Shown here: positions 1 through 14,247 of the stretch, piece after piece
Layout: the number at the start of each line of letters is the position of its first letter
How positions within the stretch are numbered: the first letter of the stretch is position 1
Origin: the human T2T-CHM13v2.0 reference genome, Homo sapiens
Length of the DNA: 64,000 bases
Reading direction: 5' to 3' (one strand)
Assembly: GCF_009914755.1 (NCBI RefSeq)
Contig: NC_060926.1
Notes under the pieces: generated by a model
Seen by the model: the letters and a program-made list of their open reading frames with translations, nothing else
Databases searched by the model: none
Told to the model about the DNA's origin: nothing
Position numbers and translations under genes: made by a program

Positions 1-65
1 ACCATGGTTGACCATGGGTAATGGAAACTGTGGAAAGCAAAACCACAGATAAGTGGGGACACCTG
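1..65. mobile_element. End of a TcMar-Tigger DNA transposon (MER44/Tigger7-like terminal inverted repeat)
   Basis: ggttgaccatgggtaatggaaactgtggaaagcaaaaccacagataagtggggac resembles the MER44/Tigger7 terminus; cut by the window edge. Confidence 0.6.
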
Positions 66-1475
66 CATATAGAAGAAAAAGGCATGACGGCAATAGCACA
101 AAGGCCAGGAAGGGATAAATGGATATAATCTATTGTAATGTTATTAAACTATATGTATAGTGCTTTATAATACCATTTGAAGATAGATAATGATAAGTAA
201 AATGTGTATACCATAAATCCTAAAGTGACCATTAAAATAACAAAACAGTTATAGCTAACAATAAAAGAGATAAAATTAAATCACAAAATACACTCAATCC
301 AAAAGAAGGCAGAAAAAGAAGGAAAGAGAACACACAATAGGTGAACAAATAGAAAAAAAATAGCAAGATGATGGGATGAAACCAATTGTATCAAAAAGCA
401 CATGAAATGATCCACTACCTCAATTTAAAGGCACAGATTCGCAGATGGGATAACAAAATCAAGACCCAAGTATGTGCTGCCTAGAAGAAATGTAAGAGAA
501 ATGTAAAGACACAAATAGGTTAAAAGTAAAAGAATGGAAAAAGAAATACCACAGTAACACCAATCAAAAGAAAGCTTGAATGGGTATATTAGTATCAGGT
601 GAAGTCAATTTCCTTGGAAAAGGACAAAGAGGGTCATCTATAATAATGAAAAGATCAGTTCATCAAGAAAACTTACAATTCTAACATTTATATATCTAAA
701 ACAGGTCTTCAAAATATATGAATCAAAAATGGGAGGAACTGTGAGGAGAAATAGAGAAATACACAATTATAATATATTTCACCATCCATGTCTCCATGAC
801 TGAGAGAACAAGTATACAGAGAATCGGTGGATAAAGAAGATGATCAACCCTATCAATGTACGTGAAATAATTGACATTTATAGAACACTCCACTCTATAA
901 CAGCACATAGAAATAGACCAAAACAGACCATATTTTGGGTGCACTTAGAAATAGACCAAAACAGGCCCTATTTTGGGCCATAAAACTATTCTCAATAATT
1001 TAAAAAGGGATCAAGTCATACAAAGTCATTGCTCTCTACAATGGCATTAAATCACAAGTAAATGACAAAAATCCATAGAAAATCCTCAGATATTTTGACA
1101 CTAGATAACAGACTTCTAAATAACCTATGGATCTAAGAAAGACAATCAAAAAGGAAATTAGAAAGTATTTTGCACTGAATGAAAATGAAAACACAACCTA
1201 CCAAAATCTATGAGATGCAGCTAAAATTATATTTAAAAGGAAATTTATAGCACTAAATGCCTATTCTAGAAAAGAAAAAAAATTCAAATCCAAGACCAAA
1301 CATTAAAAAGCTAAAATAAGAGGAGCTAATGAAACCTAAAGTAAGCAGTAAGAAAGAAAATAATAAAGATCAAATCAGAAATTCATACAGTAGAAAACAG
1401 AAAACAATAGTGAAATATCAATGAAACAAAAAACTGGTTCTTTGAGATTAATAAAACTGATGAACATCTAGTCAA
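66..1475 (+). mobile_element. Old L1M LINE fragment (inter-ORF region plus ORF2 endonuclease region), decayed
   Basis: A-rich strand; L1 ORF2 5' hallmarks (gacccaagtatgtgctgcctagaagaaa, atgaaaatgaaaacacaacctaccaaaatctatgagatgcagctaaa, atcaatgaaacaaaaaactggttctttgag). Confidence 0.85.
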
Positions 1476-1599
1476 ATGGCTTTCCTGTGATTTTTGCTGA
1501 ACATTAGTTTCCAGGTTACTATCTTTTATTGACAGTATGTGTGTTACATACGTTGCTTTTTTTTCTCACTCTATTGCCCCCATTCTTATCCATATTATC

Positions 1600-2280
1600 A
1601 AGATTTTTATTGAAGTAGCTTAACTAGTTTATTTTACAGCTGGTAAATTTCCATTGATAGAATCCACTGACCTTATTCAAATTTCATAGGTTTTACAAGC
1701 CCTCGTGTGTGTGTTGTGTGTGTGTGTGTGTGTGTTTAGTTCTTTATATGTGTGTGAATTTCTGTGACCACTACCATAAGCCAAATACAGAACAGTTCAG
1801 TTGCAAATAGCCCTTATACTACCTTCACATATCGAGAGCCACCTCCTTTTTACTATCTCCTGCTTCATCTCCAATCCTTGGCATCAACTACTTTCTTTTA
1901 CTCCATAACTTTATCATTTTAATAAAATTGGATAAATGGAATTAAACAGAGATTGGATTTTCTCACTCAGCATAATTTTCTGGAGACCCATCCAAGTTGT
2001 TGCACAGAATAATAATGAACCATTATTAATGCTTCATTCCTATGTATTGTTCCATAGAATCCTATGGAATAGATGAACCACAGTTTGTTTAAACCTTACC
2101 TGTTGGAGGACACTTGGGTTGTTTCCATTTTTTGACTATTACTAATAAAGCTGCTGCAAACACTTCTGTACAGATTTTTGTGTGGACGTACGTTTTCATT
2201 TCTCTGCGATAAATGCCCAAGCATGCAATTTCTGGGCTGTAAAGCAGTGACATGTTTAGTTCTATAAGAAACTGCCAAAC
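1600..2280 (-). mobile_element. L1MC/MD-type 3' end fragment with an internal (TG)n
   Basis: ttgggttgtttccattttttgactattactaataaagctgctgcaaacac...aagaaactgccaaact is an antisense L1M 3' region; (TG)n at ~1706-1734. Confidence 0.8.
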
Positions 2281-3440
2281 TAAATTAACACAAAATGAAT
2301 CATACACCTACATGTAAAACCTAAAACCCATACATTTCTAGAGAAAAACAAAATAAAGATATTCATGAACTTAGGTTAGGTATCATATTAGATACAATAT
2401 CAAAATCAGGATACACACCAAAAAATTGATAAATTGTATGTCATCAAAGTTGAAAAGTTTCATTTTTCAAAATATATTTTTAAGACAATGAAAAGTGAAC
2501 CACAGACTGGGAAAAAATATTTGCAAGTCCTATTTCTCATTAAAGACCTGAATCTGGAATATATAAAGAACTCTTAAAACTTAGTAATAAGAAAACAAAC
2601 AACCCAATATAAAATGGGCAAAGATTTGAACTGACACTTCACCCAAGATGACACACAGATGCCAAGTAAGCACGTGAAAGATGCACAATACTATTAATAT
2701 GAGAAATGCAAATTAAAACCACCATGAGATATTACTACACATAGATTAGAATGTCTAAGATTAAAATGTCCAAATGTACCAAGTGTTGGAGATGATGTGG
2801 AGCAACCGCGATTCTCATACATTGCTGGTGGGAATGTAAATGGCACAACTATTTTGAAAAACAGTTTGGCAGATTTTTAGAAAGTTAAACACATACCTAC
2901 CATATGGCCTAGCCATTCTACTCCTAGATAGACTAGACAAGAAAAGAAAACGTATGTCCACGCCAAGATTGTATGCAAATCTTTTTAGCAGGCTTATTTG
3001 CAATAGCCTCAAATGAGAAACCAACACACATCAAGAGGTGATTGGTTAAATGAATTGCAGTGTGTCCATACAGTGGAAGTATTGCCCAGCCAAAAAAAAA
3101 TAAAAAAGAATTATCAATACAAAGCACGATGCAAATGAATCTCAAAATAGTTATGCTGAGTGAAAGAAGACTGACAAAGTGAACAGACTTATGATTTTGC
3201 CTCTATTAAATTTAAAGAAAAGGCAAATAATAGAAAGTGTCATCAAGCTGAGGGATGAGGCATGGGGAGGGCAGTGGGAGGTACCACAAAGGAGCACAAG
3301 CAGTCTTGTGGGAATGCTGGAGCTTTCCATTATCTTGATTGTGGTGATTGGTAATGGTCTCACGGGTGTATACATATGTTAAAACTTATCAAATTATTTA
3401 CTTTAGGTATGTGTGCATTCTCATCTGTCAATTCACTTCA
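2281..3440 (+). mobile_element. L1M (MC/MD-like) ORF2 end plus 3' UTR
   Basis: aaacaacccaatataaaatgggcaaagatttgaac, atgcaaattaaaaccaccatgagat, attgctggtgggaatgtaaatgg, tatcttgattgtggtgattggt. Confidence 0.85.
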
Positions 3441-4052
3441 GTAAACCTGTTAATAAATTTAAATACAGTTTTTCTACAAAGATATCTTTTGTCCTAGAGG
3501 TAGTCACTGGTGAATTCTTCTGAACTTAAGGAAGAAATAATACCATTCTTACACAAACTCTTTTAGAGAACACATGAAAAGAAAATACTTTCCAACATGT
3601 TCTATAAACCCAGCATATTCTTGATAGCAAAACCAGACACAAGAAGACAATACAAAAAAAGTCAGCTAATCTCTCTTCTGATGCAAAATCCTAAAGAAAA
3701 TATTAACAAACTGTATCCTGCAATTTATGAAGAGTATAACATATCACAAGGAATTGGTTTTTTTCAGTAATGCAATGTTAGTGTAACATCTGAAAAAATA
3801 GTTCAATGTAATTCATGTTATGGATGTAATTTCATAATAGATGTGAAAAATCATATTATTTCAACAGATTTATAAAAAGCATTTGATTAAATTCAAGACT
3901 GATTTATTTACTTTAAAAAACACCAAACTAGATATAAAAGGGAACGCCCTTAGAATGACAAAATATTTACAAATAGTCTACAAGAAACATTTTACTTAAT
4001 GTTTCTTATAGAAACATTATAGAAAAGCTAGTGAAAGCTTTTATCCCTGTGA

Positions 4053-4389
<337 letters not shown>

Positions 4390-4940
4390 TTGCTCTCACT
4401 GCTTCTGTTCACTATTATACTATATAATATGGCCAGTACAAGAAGGTTAGAAAAAAATTACAAGAATTGACAGGAAATAATAAAACTGTTATTCTTCACA
4501 GCAGCATGATTGTTTATGTAGGAAAGATTCCACAAACACTCAGAATTAATAATAAATGTAGTGAGAACACAGAAAACAGAGTCAAAATACAGCAATCAAT
4601 TGTATTTCTACATATGAGGAACAATCACAAAATAAAAATTTAATAAGATACAATTTAAAAAAATCAACAAACGTCATATAACTAGGAATAAACTTAATGA
4701 AAGTTATGTAATTCTTCTGCACTGAAAATTACAAGATAGTATACAGAGAAATTAAAGGAGACCTAAATAAATGGAGGATATACCATATTTATTTTTTATC
4801 CTATAAAAATCTCATTTCTCCTCAAATTGACCTATTGATTCAGTAAGTTTATATGGGAATGCAAAGGGCCAAGAAGAGTCAAGACAACCTTGAAGAATAA
4901 GAAGAAAGATGAAGATCTTATCTAACCACAGAGTAATTCC

Positions 4941-5227
4941 TTATTTATTTATTTATTTATTTATTTTTGAGACAGGGTCTTGCTCTGTTACACAGGCTGG
5001 AGTGCAGTGGCATGATCATGGCTTACTGCAACCTCCACCTCCTGGGCTCAAATGTCCACAGGGGCCACAGGCGTCCACCCCTGCGCCCGGCTAATTTTTG
5101 TATTCTTAGTAGAGACAGGGTTTTGCCATGTTGGCCAGGCTGGTCTCAAACTCCTGGCCTCAAGTGATCTGCCCACCTTGGCCTCCTAAAGTGGTGGGAT
5201 TACAGGCGTGAGCCACTGTGCCTGGCC
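4941..5227 (-). mobile_element. AluJ-like element with (TTTA)n tail and a small right-arm deletion
   Basis: gatcatggcttactgcaacc, cctgggctcaa; TSD cacagagtaatt/cacagtgtaatt. Confidence 0.9.
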
Positions 5228-6189
5228 ATACCCACAGTGTAATTTCTATGGAAACAATGGAGAGTCCAGAAACAGACTGGCATGTACATTGTCACTGATT
5301 TATGACAAGGGTGACACTGCAGCACAGTGGGGGCATTTTTTCCAAAGGCAGTGCTGGGCCAATTGGATACCCATAAGGGACAAAAATCTTGACATCTGCG
5401 TCACACCATACAAAGTTACCAATTCCAGGTGACTTGCAAATCTACCTGTGAAGGGTAAACCATAAAACTTCCAGAAGAAAACATTGGAGAATATCTTTGT
5501 GACACAGGGTTAAGCAAAGATTTATTAAATAGGATACAAAAAGCATTGACTATGAGGGAAAATTGATAAATTAGACTATGTTAAAATTAAGAATTTCTGT
5601 TCCTCAAAAGAATAGAATGCTAGGGAGTTAAGGTGCAAATCATTGAATAGATCAAAGTATTTGCAATTCATATCTAACAGAGAATTTGATAAAGAAATTA
5701 TACCAATAAATGAAGAAAATGCAGACAAACCTTGGACAAGACATGCAAGCAGCTATATCACAAAGGGAAGACAAATGTTCAATATTAATATGAAAGCGTT
5801 TCACATCATGAGGCATCAGATGAATACAAACCAAAATCACAAGGAGATACTACTGCATATACACCAAAATGATTAAAATAAAAAAGACAGACAATACCAA
5901 GTGTTGATAAAGATGTGGAACAACTGGAACTCCCAATCACTATTGATGAGTGTGTAAATTTATACAACTCTTTGACAGTAAAATCTACTAATGCTGAATA
6001 TCTGCATAACTTATGCCCCTGGGTATATCCCCAACAGAAATGTGTACACACACTCCAAAATGCACATGCAAGAATATTTATAGCAGCATTACTGATGGAC
6101 GCTGAAACGAAAAACAGCCCAAACGTTCTTCAGCATCAATACATGAATCAATAAATTGTGGTATAGTCCTACAACAGAATACTCTACAG

Positions 6190-6371
6190 TAGGGATCAGC
6201 AGACTTTTTTGTCAAGAGCCAGAAAATAAACATCTTCAGTTTTGCAGATAACAGATTGCCTCTGTTGCATATTCTTCATTTTTTTTACAATCCTTTACAA
6301 AATAAATGTCATTGTTAGCTTGCGACTCATACAACAATAGGCCGTGGTGGGCTGTAGTCTGCCGTTCCCTG
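6190..6371. mobile_element. MER58 (hAT-Charlie MITE)
   Basis: Ends tagggatcagcagacttttttgtcaagagccag ... gggctgtagtctgccgttccctg match MER58 termini. Confidence 0.75.
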
Positions 6372-7440
6372 CCCTAGATCAATAGCAATGAACGTATTAC
6401 TGCTACATGCAATAATGCAAATAAATGTCACAAACAGAATTTTGCCTAAGAGAACCCATTCACAAGAGAGTGCATACTTATAATTCCAGGCAAAACTGAT
6501 GATGGTAGAGGACTTGACAGCAGTCACCTTTGGGGATAATGGTAGTGATGAAAGAGGGCACATAGAGAGCATCTGAGGTGCTGGCAGCATTGTTTCCTGA
6601 TCTGGGTGATCATCATATATGTATGCATTTAGTGAAAATTTAGTTATACACATATGATTTGTATAATTTTCTAAATGCATATTATACTTCCATAATAATT
6701 TTACTTAAAAACTCTATAAAATCACCAATGTTCAGTTTCCTCTGCAATTTTTAGTTGCCAGTAAAGTTAGCCAATTCTTAACTGCCACTGTATGCCAGTT
6801 TCTTTTTAGCTGTCCTAATCAGTAAAACCTTAGCCCACCAAAATACCTAGCACCATCTAAAATGTTTGCCAGTGGCCCAGAAGAATGTGTTTGTGGCTCA
6901 TAGTCAATAGACTGTTGTTAAATAAAAGCAAAATTATTGGCTTTCCTTGTCATGAGAAGGGGGAGAGAGATCGAGAAAGAGAGAGAAAGAAAGAGGAAGC
7001 AAGACAGAGTTGGAAAGCAACGAGAGCATTGCCCTTGAGGACAATGGTCCCAGCATCTGGCCTGCGGTCCTTCTGCTGGATCACAACACTTCTATTTTCA
7101 GTAGAAAAGAATTAAGAGCACTCTTTCATTAGAAACAAAAAGCCTAGCTGAACATATTTTTCTCATTTGTACTTTATCCTAAACATTTGTAAAGATTTAG
7201 CAGCTCACTCCAGCAAGCCTTTTTAATCCACATTCCAGTAATAGAGATTTCAGAAATGCTTTCTCAAGGACATTCTTGTGTCCAGGCTTCAACAGAGCCA
7301 AGATACTTCATCCTCTTAGGGCGCCTGGTGAAACCTCGAGATCGTGACCCACAGGACAGACAAGAAGATGATTCTCTGAGCCTGGCGTTCTCAGACCAGC
7401 ATTCTGTCAGGATGGGATTGGAGGGCAAACCCCAGGGTGT

Positions 7441-7800
7441 GGGCATGAACAGTGGCTCATGCCTGTAATCCCAGCACTTTAGGAGGCCGAGGTGGGCAGA
7501 TCACCTGTGGTCAGGAGTTCGAGACCAGCCTGGCCAACATGGCGAAACTCAGTCTCTACTAAAAATACAGAAATTAGCTGGGCATGGTGGTGCATGCCTG
7601 TAGTCCCAGCTACTCAGGAGGCTGAGGCAGGAGAATCACTTGAACCCAGGAGGCAGAGGTTGCAGTGAGCCGAGATCGAGCCACTGCACTCCAGCCTCAG
7701 CAACAGAGTAAGAGACTGTCTCAAAAAAAAAAAAAAAGAAAAAGAAAAAAGAAAAAAAGAAAAAAAAGAAAAAGAAAAGAAAAGAAAAAAGAAAAAGAAA
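7441..7800 (+). mobile_element. AluS with an expanded ~80-nt A/G-only tail
   Basis: Alu dimer 7441-7722, then a (GAAAA)n-like tail to 7800. Confidence 0.95.
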
Positions 7801-8492
7801 GTGGTCAATGCTAGGAAATGCTGCTGTGTCTGAACTCTGGGTGGAAAAAGTAATGGATCCTGACTTTTCTTTCAATAGTAGTTGAGCTGGATATGCAGTA
7901 GGATTCAGCATCTTGAAAAAATGTGGCTTTAAAAGCCGAGGAAGGGAAAAAGTATAGGGTATTAACTGGGGGCATGGCATCCAGGGGCTTGTGATCCAGG
8001 ATGGACAGGAGAGTGTTTAAAACTATCAGAATGGAGAGAAAGGCCAGAGTGTCGGAAGTGTGTGGGTAGGCAGCAACAGGAGGAAGAGAAAATGCAAGTC
8101 CAATGTGGAAAGAGAAAAATACAGAGAAAATGAAGTGAAAGGATAGAAAGCAGGTAAAAAGACATCAGGGAAGCTCCCAGGGCTAGCACACCTTGCCTGC
8201 TTTCGCCTCCTGGCCCAAGGAGCAGCAAGTGATGGGATAACTCAACTACTGATGACTAGCCCCCGAGGACAGAGTAGCTCTCCTTGACCAAGAGATCTGA
8301 GCCCCTCCCTACACCTTATTACCCTATGCCTGTGAATGGAAGAACTCTGGAGGCAGAAAGGGGAGAAGTAAGAATAATAACATGTAAGAGTTCCAGAGAA
8401 ACTAAGACATGGATATTATATAGCCTGCCCGAGGCTTCTCAATCAGTAGAGGTGTAGCTGGGATTTTAGGTCCTCATATTCCAAAACAAAAA

Positions 8493-8710
8493 CTCCGCCT
8501 CCTGGGTTCACGCCATTCTCCTGCCTCAGCCTCTCGAGTAGCTGGGACTACAGGCGCCTGCCACCATGCCCAGCTAATATTTTTGTATTTTTAGTAGAGA
8601 CGGGGTTTCACTGTGTTAGCCAGCATGGTCTCAATCTCTTGACCTCGTGATCTGCCCAATTTGGCCTCCCAAGGTGCTGGGATTACAGGCGTGAGCCACC
8701 ACGCCCGGCC
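8493..8710 (-). mobile_element. AluY lacking its 3' ~80 bp and polyA tail
   Basis: AluY diagnostics (ggttcacgccattctc, ctgtgttagccag, gacctcgtgatc); begins abruptly at ctccgcctcc with no polyT. Confidence 0.9.
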
Positions 8711-9488
8711 GGTAAACATGAGTTTTGAAGGGACATTATCCAACCCAGTGCAGGCATAATAGTCATTATAAATCATGTGGGTTCAGATGACTGCTTTTGA
8801 TAGCCCAATGGAGTTAACATAGGGAAAACACAAAAGAAAACCCAGAATTCTTGGACAATCAGAAAACCTCTATGGAAGCACTGAGTGAGTCCCTTACATC
8901 GTATAGCTGCAGGGGAGCTACAGACCAAGGCCAGGGTGAGGTTGTAACAACTGCAGTGTTGCTGTATCCATTAATTGCTCAACCCTACTAGGTCTCTTAT
9001 GCTGTTTCTTGTATCACTGCATTAGGACACTGTAGAGAATAAGACGCACCCTAAGAAATGAAATGGGGACATTTGGGCAGACAATCGAGGAGAGTTTTGA
9101 ACTACCAAATCCCCCTTAATCCCTTGAGGCAGAAAGCAGACATTTGCCCTTCCCCAAACACCTTCCCTCCAGCCTTTCAGTAACTGCACTTGGCAGTTGT
9201 AGCAGAAGACCCACTGCCACCACCCTCATTGCCTCTGGGCCCTAAAGACAGCTCCATCCCATTGCCGGCCAGATGGAGATGTGTCAGGACTGCTCTGTGA
9301 GGTGATAACCCACACACTTACAGGGTCTCAGAACTTTGCTGAGTTTTATCAGCAAGGATCTAGGAAGCATGTATGGAAGTGAATTCTCTGGACATAAAGC
9401 CAAGGAAGAAAAATCTAAAACAAGATTGGGACAAATTAATTAATATAGATGTACTTGCTCAGGCTTTGGGATTTAAAATACTGGTCTA

Positions 9489-9793
<305 letters not shown>

Positions 9794-10486
9794 TAAAATA
9801 CTGGTCTGTGCACTTGACGCTGGCATTAGTAGTTGGTTAGGATTCATGGAGGTCTGGACTCAAATGGTGGCCTATAATCAACGAGGCTAAACTCCCCTCA
9901 TAATGCTTTGAAAACTTTGGTGTGCCTAAGAATCACCAGGTCATAAGAAGTGCGCTGGAAAAGAAGTGGGCCCTGCAATCCTTGAGAATTTCAGTAAAAC
10001 TCAGCAAAGTTCTGAAACTCTTTTGAGGGTATGGCATATCACCTCCCAGAGCAGGCCTTGCGCCCCTGCATGAGGGCTGCAATGGAATGAACTCTCTTTA
10101 GGGCCTCGAGGCAACAAGGGAGCTGGCAGTGGGCCTTGTGCTATAACTGCCCAGGGCAGTTATTGAAAGTTATTGAATAGCAGCTCTGAGGTGGTGTCTT
10201 CTGAAGGTTGGAGATATTGGTAGGTGTGGCAATTTATTGAATTTTCTTATCTAAATGGAGACTTGACATTTTTGAATCCAGATGATTCTGTTTAACCTTC
10301 AGGGACAAGGCAGGTGCAAATATCACAATAAACAACAGCAGGCTGTTATCAGAATGCTTTAATGTGAGTATGATAAGAGCTGGGTCCCTGGGGTCCCTGA
10401 GAATGAAATAGATGGTGCTGCTTGATCTATGGAGGTAAAAAAAATTCGAGGTCTGATTAATAGAAGCCTAACTTGAGTTGACATAG

Positions 10487-10867
<381 letters not shown>

Positions 10868-11049
10868 TGAAGAAGGATACAGCACTATGTACACAGAGGT
10901 ATAGTATCCTGTGAAGAATCTTCCAAACCTCCCCAGAGAGACCTGAGGCCATTTTTCAAGACTGTGTCCTGAGGTACCCAGACTTTCCACGCGTTATTAG
11001 ACCCTGGCTCTGAACTTGTGCTAATCCCTGGAGAACCAGTAGCCACTGT

Positions 11050-11546
11050 AAGGTTAAGAGACCGGCAGGACTTGTTTTCTGGTCACAACCCTACTGACTG
11101 ACACAGAATCTGGTCCAGATGGGATAAAGTGAAAAACTGGCAGAAACCAGCAGGTGGCGATGAAAGTGATTCCCTAAGCTGCCCTTACGCTCATTAACAT
11201 AAGACACTCCCACCAGCGCCATGACAGTTTACATTGCCATCGCAATGACCCAAAAGTTACCTCTTTCCATGGCAACAACCCGGAAGTTACTGCCCCCTCC
11301 CTAAATAACCTGCCCCTTGATTTGCATTGGCCCACCCCTTAATTTGCATATAATTGAAAGTGGGTTTACATGAGTATAAATATATTTGCCAAAAGCTCTC
11401 CTTACCACTCTGGATATATTGCCTATGAGGTAACTCTGCTCCCAGAAGAGCAGTACTGTTCAACATCACCTGCTTATCCTTAAGTTCTTTCCTGGGGGAA
11501 GCCAAAAACCTTCCCAACTTTGGGACTCACCTATTTTGCCGCAGCA
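11050..11546 (+). mobile_element. MER41-family solo LTR (ERV1) inserted into the ERV-L protease
   Basis: cataagacactcccaccagcgccatgacagtttac, ccatggcaacaacccggaagttac, cccttaatttgcatataatt are MER41 hallmarks; protease homology resumes after 11546. Confidence 0.8.
11147..11159 (+). promoter_or_regulatory. Candidate CTCF core motif within MER41
   Basis: CCAGCAGGTGGCG fits the CCASYAGRKGGCR consensus; binding not shown. Confidence 0.45.
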
Positions 11547-12233
11547 GTGGGCCACACATCACAGTAGAGACATTTTGAAATAAGGGATAGATAAAGTCTT
11601 TGCCCTAGACTATGTCACAGAAAGTCTAGTGAGACTGGGAACCCATCCTGTGGTTAATTTCCCCACTATCAGGATTACAATGGGAATAGATATTCTTAGT
11701 GACTGGTCCAATCTTAACATTGGTTCCTGGACGTGGAGTGAAGACTACTACAGTAGGAAGAGTCAAGTAGAAGTCTCTGGAATTTCCCCAGCACCCATCA
11801 TTAAGAAAGTAAACCAAAGATGTGCCATGTTCCTGCGAATTTGCAAAGATGAGTGCTGCTGTCAAAGACCTGATATAAGCAAGAGCAGAGACTCCAGTCA
11901 CATCTCTACTTAATTACCTGTTGAAATAGCCAGATGGCTCCTGGACAATAACAAGATGACAATATTAACCAGAGGGTGACAGTGATTACAGTGATGGTTC
12001 TGATTACGCTATAATTATTGAAGTAAATCCACAGATTGATCTGATTACCAAAGGGGAGATGGGTGACCACTACAGCATGGAGGAAGGAAGAACTATGTTT
12101 CTAACCACGGGGTTCCCTAGGGTGCCTTTTAGCACTCACTTGCCAGAAATCCTGGACAAATAAAAAACTTTGGCAACCTGATGAAGGCAGGACCACTCAG
12201 GACCAAGATTTTGCAGGAATAAAGATCTGAGTC

Positions 12234-12530
12234 GGCCAGGTGCAGTGGCTCAAGCCTGTATTCCCAGCACTTTGGGAGGCTGAGATGAGCGGATCACAAG
12301 GTCAGGAGATCAAGACCATCCTGGCTAACACAGTGAAATCCCATCTCTACTAAAAATACAAAAAATTAGCCGGGCGTGGTGGCGGGCAGCTGTAGTCCCA
12401 GCTACTCTGGAGGCTGAGGCAGGAGAATGGCGTGAACGCAGGAGGCGGAGCTTGCGGTGAGCCTAGATTGGGCCACTGCACTCCAGCCTGGGTAACAGAG
12501 CAAGACTCTGTCTCAAAAAAAAAAAAAAGA
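12234..12530 (+). mobile_element. AluY, full length
   Basis: gagatcaagaccatcctggctaacac, agaatggcgtgaac, ggagcttgc; TSD aaagatctgagtc (12221-12233 / 12531-12543). Confidence 0.95.
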
Positions 12531-12854
12531 AAAGATCTGAGTCACCCTATCTGTCTGTCCAAGGTGATGGCAGAGGGAAAGGTGGAAGAAGGAAGCAATG
12601 TCATCAGCTCAGACCTTGACCTAGTACAGAAGAGGGGACCGTAGCATCTGTGTGTCTGATAATGAATTGTGGTTCCTCCTGTTTTCTCCCCCTCATGAAG
12701 AGTACCAGTCATGGATAATGTATGAGGTTTCAGGAGAGAGTATGACCAAATTAACCCTAATACAGTCACTGAGGGGACTTTGTGTGTCCCTTGGTTGGAG
12801 ATACCAATTATTTCCTGAATAAAAGAAAGGACTCTAAGGGGCAGAAGGGTGAAG

Positions 12855-13219
12855 TTGGCTGGCTAGTTCCCTTGTCTGGGGAGGCTAGCCTGTGTGGACC
12901 ACACTGACAGACGTCCCTGCCCTCTGCCTTCTGGTTAGAGGGTGGGGAGAGAGTGAGGTGGAGGGATTGATTCTGCCAGCTCCCTGCATACGGATGGTCT
13001 TGGGCTGGTTGCCTCCCTCCAAGAAGGCCATGGCATCCATCAGGCAGCCCTCCTCTCTCCAGGCTCCAGTCCTATCTCAGGGTGGTAATGGCTGTTTCTA
13101 ATGCTTCTGTTGATTTCCCTAAACTCTGCCTGTACCTTTGTAAATAGCTCCTTTATTAAATCATCCAACTACCCAGTTTGTGGTGCTCTCTGTGTCCAGC
13201 CAGGACCCTGAGTGATACA
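12855..13219 (+). mobile_element. LTR33-like ERVL LTR (3' LTR of the provirus)
   Basis: Ends tttgtaaatagctcctttattaaa...tacccagtttgtggtgc...ccaggaccctgagtgataca; follows the PPT. Confidence 0.7.
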
Positions 13220-14189
13220 TGGATGAATGGTTTCAACCCCCATTAATAATTTTCAGTTCCCACATGGCAATGCTTGGGCCCAAGATAAGGTAGTTGGGGG
13301 TCAGAGCTACAGATGCCCTTGACCCCCCTGTATGTCTCCTTTCCTTCCAATCAGACAAAGATTCGCAGAATCCCAGGAATACCTCCCCACCTGCACCATC
13401 TTCTACCTCCCATCCGACCTGGGGCTTCTTGTGGTCTTCACTTTCCTCAGTTTCCCTCAACAACGGTGTCCTTCCCTGAGATCCGCCGCACCTAGCTATT
13501 ATACTGTCACCATCTCTGTCTCCAGCTCCATGGCTCCGGCATTCCAAATCTCTTCCACAGGCAGTGGATGAATCTCCAGGAACCAGGACTCAGCCTCTCT
13601 GCCACTGTCCCTTAGCTGCCTGGCTGGTCACCTAGAACTAATAGCTTCACATATCAGAACAACTGTCCCCACTCAACCACAGTGCCTGACCACCAATTGC
13701 ACTTTTGGAGCCAGGTCAGCCTCTATTCCCTCCACTCCTGGTCAAAATTTCTTGACCTCTGCTTAGTTCACATTGGAGCTGCCCCCGACCAGACACACAC
13801 ATACTCCAAGGCTAGACAGTTTCACAGCCCCTAATGCCGTGCCTTGCACACAGAGGTTCCTCAATACACGAAACAACACATCGGGAGGCATCTTGTGTGA
13901 AGTCCTAGGACAAAGGGTGCGATTTTAATTATTTGTTGAATATATCAAAGGACCAGCATGTACACAAGAGGTTTGAGATTTGACATAGCCTTTTACATAA
14001 CTGATGTCTGTAATGTGACAGTGAAAGAATCACATACAAATGTCTTTTATAAGTGTCTTTTTTTCCCTTTCTTAAAGGATCGTTTGGGAAAGGCCCAACT
14101 TTGAATCCATGTGGAAACGGTGAAAACATTCTGGCACACTCTCTAGTGGTGAACTGGAGTCCATGGACCACCAGGAATGGTGCACAGCA

Positions 14190-14209
14190 GTGTGTGTGTG
14201 TGTGTGGTT

Positions 14210-14240
<31 letters not shown>

Positions 14241-14247
14241 ACATGTG
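14190..14247. repeat. (TG)n microsatellite, interrupted
   Basis: Direct reading. Confidence 0.95.

Noticed and set aside
1600-3440. Opposite-strand L1 pieces meeting at ~2280 as one twin-primed (5'-inverted) insertion
   Set aside because: Both pieces cover the same 3' consensus region (e.g. aaacgtacgtccaca / aaacgtatgtccacg), so they are two separate insertions.
11629-11913. 94-aa ORF with retroviral protease/RT similarity as a functional or domesticated gene
   Set aside because: It is cut off from the active-site segment by the MER41 insertion, the catalytic DTG is DPG, and the frame decays downstream; it is a fossil.
14050-14125. Splice acceptor tctttttttccctttcttaaAG|gat (exon from 14078)
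   Set aside because: No good donor nearby and no other support; polypyrimidine plus AG is common by chance.
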